A stretch of 64,000 nt of DNA from an uncultured Candidatus Cloacimonadota bacterium. Its GTDB lineage: Bacteria; Cloacimonadota; Cloacimonadia; Cloacimonadales; Cloacimonadaceae. Location of the stretch: positions 57,548 through 121,547 of the forward strand of contig CAZWIS010000003.1 of assembly GCA_964634275.1 (NCBI GenBank), written 5' to 3'. Shown here piece after piece: positions 58,607 through 64,000 of the stretch (positions within the stretch are counted from its first letter, which is position 1; each line of letters begins with the position of its first letter). A program made the position numbers and the translations under genes. The notes under the pieces were generated by a model. The model worked only from the letters and a program-made list of their open reading frames with translations. It was not told the origin of the DNA and made no database searches.

Positions 58607-59334
58607 TTCCCCCCCATGATTTTGTAAATACCATACAAAATCGAAAGTGGATGAGCAGGACAGCCAGGAATATACAAAACCGCTTTCTGATCACATAACC
58701 ATCTGCGATCCAATCGATTTCCATTCACAAACATTCCTCCACTTATAGAGCAGGTGCCGCATAAAATCAAAAACTTTGGGTCTGGTATCGCATCCCATGT
58801 ACTCCTAAGGGCTTCCTCCATGTTTATGCTGACTGGACCAGTCAATATCAAAGCATCTGCATGTCGGGGAGATGCTACAACCTCTATTCCATAACGCCCC
58901 ATATCAAAGTTTACATTGGAAGAAGCAGCCAGTTCCAGTTCGCAGGCATTACATCCTGCAGCTGAGACATTTCTGAGAGCAAAGGACTTCCTAAAGATGC
59001 TGGGTAATCTGAAAGTAATCGCATTTTGCCTGTAATCTGTCTGACCTGGTTTTATGATTAGTTTATCTCGTTCGTCTGCTGCCATCTTATAATCTGCAGA
59101 AAAGGTTACATGATCGGGAAAGGTTCTTTCACACATCCCGCAAAATATGCACTTTCCCATATCAAGTCCCTGCTTATCTATTGCATTTACAGGGCATACC
59201 TTTGATATCTCATCAAGATCTGCGTTTATATTTAGTAATGGCAAGCCTGGAAATGATTCGTTAATCGCCACATCAATTGGATTTGCTATAGCCTGATAAC
59301 CATGAGCAAAACGCGCTTTAATCAATTCAAACAT
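58603..59334 (-). CDS. Fusion of a degenerate ferredoxin-like domain with a NuoB/HycG-type small subunit
   Basis: N-terminal part: ...KVCPVNAI then CIFCGMCERTFP. C-terminal part: GCNACELE, ILTGP, CGTCSISGG and PGCP, which is the proximal [4Fe-4S] ligand pattern. Confidence 0.8.
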   Translation of the reverse strand: MFELIKARFAHGYQAIANPIDVAINESFPGLPLLNINADLDEISKVCPVNAIDKQGLDMGKCIFCGMCERTFPDHVTFSADYKMAADERDKLIIKPGQTDYRQNAITFRLPSIFRKSFALRNVSAAGCNACELELAASSNVNFDMGRYGIEVVASPRHADALILTGPVSINMEEALRSTWDAIPDPKFLILCGTCSISGGMFVNGNRLDRRWLCDQKAVLYIPGCPAHPLSILYGIYKIMGGK

Positions 59335-60767
59335 TATAGATCACTCCCGCAATATGACAGATCGAAGCTTTTGTTACACAATGGAAAATCCGAAATCCCT
59401 TCTCCACGAACAGCCAGGGCCAAAGCAAACCAGTTATGAAGCGATGGGTCTATGACACGATAGGATTCAACTTTGCCCAGGTGATTTGTATGGCATACAT
59501 GGAGCAATCTGCCTCTATGACTTTCGACGATTGATAATGCCAACCGGTTGGGCTGAACTTCTTGTATTGCCATATTCAATGACGAGTCCATATCTACCTG
59601 CGGTAACCATCCCAAGATCATATTGATCGATTGTTCTATCTCTGCCGCCCTAAGCCATGCTCTGGCAAAGACATCTCCGCTATTATGGATAATTGGTTCA
59701 AACAGAAACTTTTCATCAATCGGGAAGTCTTTTCTGGCATCAATCATGTGGCCAGAGGATTTTGCAACAATACCAGTAAACCCGAGTCTTTGCACATCAG
59801 TTGGCGTTATAACACCTGTGTTATCGAATCTGGAAAGAACACTGGCAGTCGATAGCATTCCTGCGGTGGTATTCCTGATCCTGACCTGGCATTGCGACAA
59901 TGTGTCTGTAAATACTTCTATCTGCTTCTGGTCCAGAGAATAGTTCACTCCCCCTGGACACAACCAGCGTTTGCCAAACCGGCTTCCACAGATTGAAAGA
60001 GTGCTGTTTATGATCATTGTCCTCAAAGCCGCAAAGAGATTCTGACCCATTATGTATGCAACGTCTCCAGCTAATGCTGACAACACTGATAAATGCATCG
60101 CTATTCTTTCCATTTCCAAGGCTATCAAACGTGTTATAGTTTGGTTTGGGTGACAGTCAGTAAGGGCTTCTACAACGAGACAATATGCAAGGCCATGAGC
60201 AATTGCTGAATCTCCGGCAATTGATTCTGCCAAACATATCTTGGATCGGATATCCCCCTCCATCATCATCCGTATTACTCCACGATGCTGATATCCCAAT
60301 TGTATTTCTAAATGCTCGATCTTTTCCCCCCGACATATAAATCGGAAGTGCCCAGGCTCAATTACTCCCGCATGAACAGGACCCACGCCTACTTCATGTA
60401 ATGATCTGGAATGGCTCTCCAAAAAGGGATATCTATACATTTGACCAGCAACTTCTCCAGGAAAACGCAGAGCTTTGAGCCAAGGATGCCCAACTGGTAA
60501 TAACCCATATTCCTCGTACAACTCACGTTCAAAGATGTGAAATGCTGGAAAATCTGGAGTAAGAGCATCGTAACGTCCACAATCAGGAAATGCACATAGA
60601 AGGACTTCTGTCTCAGAATTGAAAGATAAAATACATATAATTTGCCGATTATTCTCTCCAAACAGACACAATGGGTGATATCCTTTTGCACAGAGTAATC
60701 GAATCCGCTCGAAGAACTTAGTACTCTCCATGAGCATTGGCAGAGATAATAACATAGGACTATTCAT
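59334..60767 (-). CDS. NuoC+NuoD/HycE-like large subunit lacking the NiFe-binding cysteines
   Basis: GPVHAGVIEPGHFRF is diagnostic of group-4 large subunits and NuoD. The L1 position reads LAESIAGDSAIAHGLAY instead of ER-CG-C---H. The C-terminus reads FDLSYCGSDL instead of DPC--C--R/H. Confidence 0.85.
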   Translation of the reverse strand: MNSPMLLSLPMLMESTKFFERIRLLCAKGYHPLCLFGENNRQIICILSFNSETEVLLCAFPDCGRYDALTPDFPAFHIFERELYEEYGLLPVGHPWLKALRFPGEVAGQMYRYPFLESHSRSLHEVGVGPVHAGVIEPGHFRFICRGEKIEHLEIQLGYQHRGVIRMMMEGDIRSKICLAESIAGDSAIAHGLAYCLVVEALTDCHPNQTITRLIALEMERIAMHLSVLSALAGDVAYIMGQNLFAALRTMIINSTLSICGSRFGKRWLCPGGVNYSLDQKQIEVFTDTLSQCQVRIRNTTAGMLSTASVLSRFDNTGVITPTDVQRLGFTGIVAKSSGHMIDARKDFPIDEKFLFEPIIHNSGDVFARAWLRAAEIEQSINMILGWLPQVDMDSSLNMAIQEVQPNRLALSIVESHRGRLLHVCHTNHLGKVESYRVIDPSLHNWFALALAVRGEGISDFPLCNKSFDLSYCGSDL

Positions 60768-60948
60768 CGTACATACAAACAGAAACTTCCATTTTATTGT
60801 CGATCGCCGATATTGCTTTATATCAGGCAGTTATGAGCATCACAGCGTCGACTTATTGACGATCTCCGCAATATCATGTTTTTGTAAAGTATTTTCGAAT
60901 AATACCATGGAAAGGAATGTGGTTTACAGCCCCTATTTAAACTCTCAG

Positions 60949-60977
60949 ATAATAGACAAAAACCTATTATCAATCAA
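60949..60977 (-). promoter_or_regulatory. Candidate promoter of the hydrogenase-like operon
   Basis: Minus strand: TTGATT (60977-72), 17 nt, TATTAT (60954-49), about 180 nt upstream of the first ATG. Confidence 0.25.
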
Positions 60978-61014
60978 GACTGAATACTTTATGGATTGTA
61001 TAGTAACGAGAAGA

Positions 61015-62397
61015 CTATTTGCGAAACTTGCGAATAAACTCCTCTACCTCAGGTATTCCTCCCTGAAACACCAGATATCCATTGTATGGTTCTCCGTCTG
61101 TGATTTCTCCGGCAATTGGTTTCAGCATCAGATTGCGTACAACTTCCGGGTCACTACTTTGTCCCAGAGCCCATCCCAGTTTGATGTATGCTACTTCAGG
61201 TAGCATATTTTCAGATGGCACTATCCCCATACTCATCAAGTCCCTGCCAGTATCATAAACAAACATGTGTACAAACCCCCAAAGAGTTTGAACGGTCATG
61301 TAGATATGCACTCCTTTTTCCACAGCTCTTTTAATGGCTGGATAAACTGGCTTGTTAATATGACCCAGCCCAGTACCGGCAATAACGATTCCCTTGTAGC
61401 CATTATCGGTCAGAGAATCGATGATATCCGGATGCATATTGGGATAGTAATACACTATGGCAACCCGTTCTTCAAAGAAAGGATAAACAGACACATGATT
61501 ATCCTTTCTTCTGCGATGATAATCTTGTTTCAGGGGTTCTACTTTCTCCCTTGTTACAGTAGCCACAGGAATGTCACCTATTGTCCTGAATGTAGAACGA
61601 TACGAAGAGTGCATCTTTCGCACTCTGGTTCCCTGATGTAGAAGGCCATAATCATCGCTGGTAGGACCAAACATACAAACCATTACTTCTGCTATGTCGC
61701 TATGCCCTGCTGCTGTGGCTGCATGCATCAAATTTAACGCAGCATCGGATGATGGCCTGTCTGATGATCTTTGTGAACCAACCATAACCACAGGAACCGG
61801 CAAATCTTGAAGCATAAAAGACAATGCTGCTGCAGTGTGATGCATCGTATCGGTTCCATGCCCGATAATAATACCATCCACACCTTTTTTTATCTCTTCC
61901 CCAATTGATATTGCCAGCTTTTTGTATTGTTCCGGACCCATGTTTTCGGAAAAAACCGCAAAGAGCTTTTCGGTTTCAAGATTACAAATGTCTGCCAGTT
62001 CAGGTACAGCTCCATACAGCTCACCTGGAGAAAACGCAGGTATAACAGCTCCAGTACGATAGTCCAATCTTGAAGCTATTGTCCCACCAGTCCCGAACAA
62101 CTTCACTTTGGGCAAATTTGGAGTTTTGGGGAATTCACGCTCGGGAATCTTGTAATGAGCTTCCTTAAAACCAGTTTCAGTCATACTGATTATCGTATCA
62201 ATATCAATACCAACGTTGTAACCTGTGATGAGTTTAATCACAATATGCCGGTCGTCGTCATTCTCGGATCTGGGAAGGATGATACCCTGGAATTTTCCTC
62301 TGCTGGTTTCGATCGTTGTATCACCCCATACTCTTACATGAAAGGATCTTAGTATGTCCAGGGCAGCCCCTTTGTAACCTTTGAATAGATCAAGCAT
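61015..62397 (-). CDS. gatD: Glu-tRNA(Gln) amidotransferase subunit D (archaeal type)
   Basis: GatD-specific N-terminal domain (GKFQGIILPRSE...IVIKLITGYNVGI). Asparaginase signature LFGTGGTIASRLDYRTGAV and HGTDTM. 460 aa. Confidence 0.85.
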   Translation of the reverse strand: MLDLFKGYKGAALDILRSFHVRVWGDTTIETSRGKFQGIILPRSENDDDRHIVIKLITGYNVGIDIDTIISMTETGFKEAHYKIPEREFPKTPNLPKVKLFGTGGTIASRLDYRTGAVIPAFSPGELYGAVPELADICNLETEKLFAVFSENMGPEQYKKLAISIGEEIKKGVDGIIIGHGTDTMHHTAAALSFMLQDLPVPVVMVGSQRSSDRPSSDAALNLMHAATAAGHSDIAEVMVCMFGPTSDDYGLLHQGTRVRKMHSSYRSTFRTIGDIPVATVTREKVEPLKQDYHRRRKDNHVSVYPFFEERVAIVYYYPNMHPDIIDSLTDNGYKGIVIAGTGLGHINKPVYPAIKRAVEKGVHIYMTVQTLWGFVHMFVYDTGRDLMSMGIVPSENMLPEVAYIKLGWALGQSSDPEVVRNLMLKPIAGEITDGEPYNGYLVFQGGIPEVEEFIRKFRK

Positions 62398-64000
62398 GCT
62401 GCACCTCGTTTTCGATATATTCGGTAACTCTGTTTCTTAGCTGTTTCAATGATATGTTTCCCAAAGCCGGTTTTCGCAGTCTTCCCATAATCCACTTTAT
62501 CTCCGCTTCCGGCATTATTGCGGATTTGTGCTTTATCTTCATAAACATTTCATGGAGCAGCGGGATTTGATTGTAAATTGTGTCCGCATCACTTGGAATG
62601 TATCCTACAAGCTGAAGTATCGAAGAAAACACCATATTAGGGTTATGGTATAGAATCTTCACCATATCTGGCATAATGTCCAAAGTCAGTTTCTTTTTGT
62701 TTAGATAGCGGAAAAGATCAGCGATTCTATCATATCCAAATGGTAAGGCTTTATCTCCCTGAAGTGATTTTATCATATGAGCATATAACAGACACAAGTA
62801 TCGAGGATCTGCGTTGATTTCCCCAGAAATACTCTCAATAGCAGGCAACATATTGAAACGTAATAAGTAGGCATAGGCATCAAGAGGAACGTTCCATGCC
62901 TTTAATTGTTCCATTCTGTATAGTGGATCTGCGGGTAAGTCTTTTCTGGCTGATTCAATCATTTCTTCCAAAATCGGAATTGGAGCAGAATCTGTATCGG
63001 GATACATTCTATCTGCCCCAGGTAGCACTCTTTCAAAAATGCTGGTTCCATTACTGAGTGATTTACGGGTTTCATTTGGTACTCCATCAAAAGCCATCAT
63101 ACATCTTTCATGAATTGTTTCGATAGCAGTAACGAGATCTTCTTCTGGAGTCCATAGCAATATCTGGGCATCGTTTTCTTTCGACTTCAGGATTGTTCTA
63201 AGGGTTTCTATGTCTTTCTCTGTGAGATTGGGGACAAGTTCTTCACTGTGATACATATTAGGATGCTCCAAACATGCGATCACCTTCAGGCGTTGGGACA
63301 ATTCGTCTGCAAAGCATTGCCCAGGCTGGGTAAAATGTGAAAGTATGTTTTTATACTCGGGGAGGTTTACACCCACAATTTTCCATGATTCAGAGCTGAT
63401 TTTGCGCAATAACGGAATATGTCCCCAGTCTTCTGTATGAAGTTCCTGCCAATGGAGATTCCATTTCTTTGGTTTTGTTACCCGTTTCGTCATGGCATCT
63501 TTAATCATCAAAAGAGCTTTTTGACGAAATGCTTCGTTATGAGTCAATTTTGGAATCCATGAGATATGGGCTACACCCTTTATTTCTACTCTGGTACCTC
63601 CTTCGATGCTGACATTTACATCCTGACGTGCAGCACCAATCCCAGAACGAGCTACTCCAGAGCACCTGTTCAGATACCTTATATAGTAACCTGCTTCAGC
63701 AGCTTCAGAGGGATTCGACATATCTGGATAAGTTACTACCTCACAAAGAGGCATACCCAGCCTGTCTCCAAAATATACTCTACGGTGCCTATAATCCGAT
63801 ACTTCCCTGCAACTATCTTCCTCTACGCTGAATTGAATGATCCGGATAGTCTTGTTTGATATGGGAATTTCGCCTTCGATGCCCAGGATTGTAGTCCGCT
63901 GAAATCCAGTCGGAATACTGCCATCCAGATATTGCTTTCTCGTAATATGTAGCTCTCCGACGATATTCATCTTGAGTAACAGCGCTATTTTCATCGCATG
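62390..64000 (-). CDS. gatE: Glu-tRNA(Gln) amidotransferase subunit E (archaeal type), N-terminus beyond the right edge
   Basis: GELHITRKQYLDGSIPTGFQRTTIL, LGMPLCEVVTYPD and GIGAARQDVNVSIEGGTRVEIKGV. The reading frame stays open to position 64000, and GatE proteins are normally about 100 aa longer at the N-terminus. Confidence 0.85.
   Translation of the reverse strand, partial: HAMKIALLLKMNIVGELHITRKQYLDGSIPTGFQRTTILGIEGEIPISNKTIRIIQFSVEEDSCREVSDYRHRRVYFGDRLGMPLCEVVTYPDMSNPSEAAEAGYYIRYLNRCSGVARSGIGAARQDVNVSIEGGTRVEIKGVAHISWIPKLTHNEAFRQKALLMIKDAMTKRVTKPKKWNLHWQELHTEDWGHIPLLRKISSESWKIVGVNLPEYKNILSHFTQPGQCFADELSQRLKVIACLEHPNMYHSEELVPNLTEKDIETLRTILKSKENDAQILLWTPEEDLVTAIETIHERCMMAFDGVPNETRKSLSNGTSIFERVLPGADRMYPDTDSAPIPILEEMIESARKDLPADPLYRMEQLKAWNVPLDAYAYLLRFNMLPAIESISGEINADPRYLCLLYAHMIKSLQGDKALPFGYDRIADLFRYLNKKKLTLDIMPDMVKILYHNPNMVFSSILQLVGYIPSDADTIYNQIPLLHEMFMKIKHKSAIMPEAEIKWIMGRLRKPALGNISLKQLRNRVTEYIENEVQHA

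Noticed and set aside
53801-60767. Annotation as formate hydrogenlyase / hydrogenase-4 (hyc/hyf)
   Set aside because: The large subunit lacks the four NiFe-ligating cysteines at the L1 and L2 positions. No maturation, protease or formate dehydrogenase genes accompany it, so a functional hydrogenase call is not supported.
1-64000. tRNA, rRNA, tmRNA, RNase P or SRP RNA genes
   Set aside because: I scanned intergenic regions by eye for T-loop GGTTCGAATCC-type boxes, the tmRNA/tRNA 3' ends, the RNase P GGAAAGTCCGG box and the SRP GGAAGCAGCC box. No convincing match was found, though a covariance-model scan is needed to be certain.

Overview
AT-rich chromosomal window from a diderm bacterium, about 90% coding. 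A type IX secretion C-terminal sorting domain, BACON and choice-of-anchor-type adhesin domains, a DUF5683-like protein and an anaerobic energy metabolism suggest the FCB group, possibly Cloacimonadota-like. That taxonomy is inference only. All product calls come from reading motifs in the supplied translations; no database search was possible.

Content from left to right:
- A truncated class II photolyase, a LEA14-like lipoprotein and asnB.
- A Na+-pumping methylmalonyl-CoA-decarboxylase-type operon (carboxyltransferase, OadG-like fusion, double-biotinyl carrier, beta pump).
- A GT2 and a hexapeptide acyltransferase, xerC/D, and an N-domain-less MgtE.
- A 790-bp ORF-poor region.
- A 1450-aa surface adhesin, an IS transposase remnant, a beta-barrel OMP, and a lipoprotein with an FGE/SUMF1-type domain.
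- A dense repeat locus, then a BNR protein carrying a T9SS C-terminal domain.
- rplM-rpsI-rpsB-tsf-pyrH-frr and ackA.
- A hybrid histidine kinase and several envelope proteins, xth, and a MATE pump.
- An uncharacterised trio built around a 620-aa GlmL/MutL-like ATPase.
- comF, purQ and purS.
- A sensor kinase with an FG-GAP propeller plus an NtrC-type regulator, and a REC-PP2C-RsbW fusion with glycosyltransferases.
- An M42 peptidase, Ppx/GppA, cls and an Omp85-like barrel.
- A six-gene group-4-hydrogenase-like operon.
- Archaeal-type gatD/gatE, with gatE running off the right edge.

The main points of interest are:
- The hydrogenase-like operon: its catalytic subunit lacks all four canonical NiFe cysteine ligands, which fits the Ehr type.
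- GatDE in a bacterial context.
- A 134-nt dispersed element present five times, always on the + strand, together with hairpin and 11-bp-array repeat modules.
- The GlmL-like trio.

No rRNA, tRNA, CRISPR array or cas gene was recognised.
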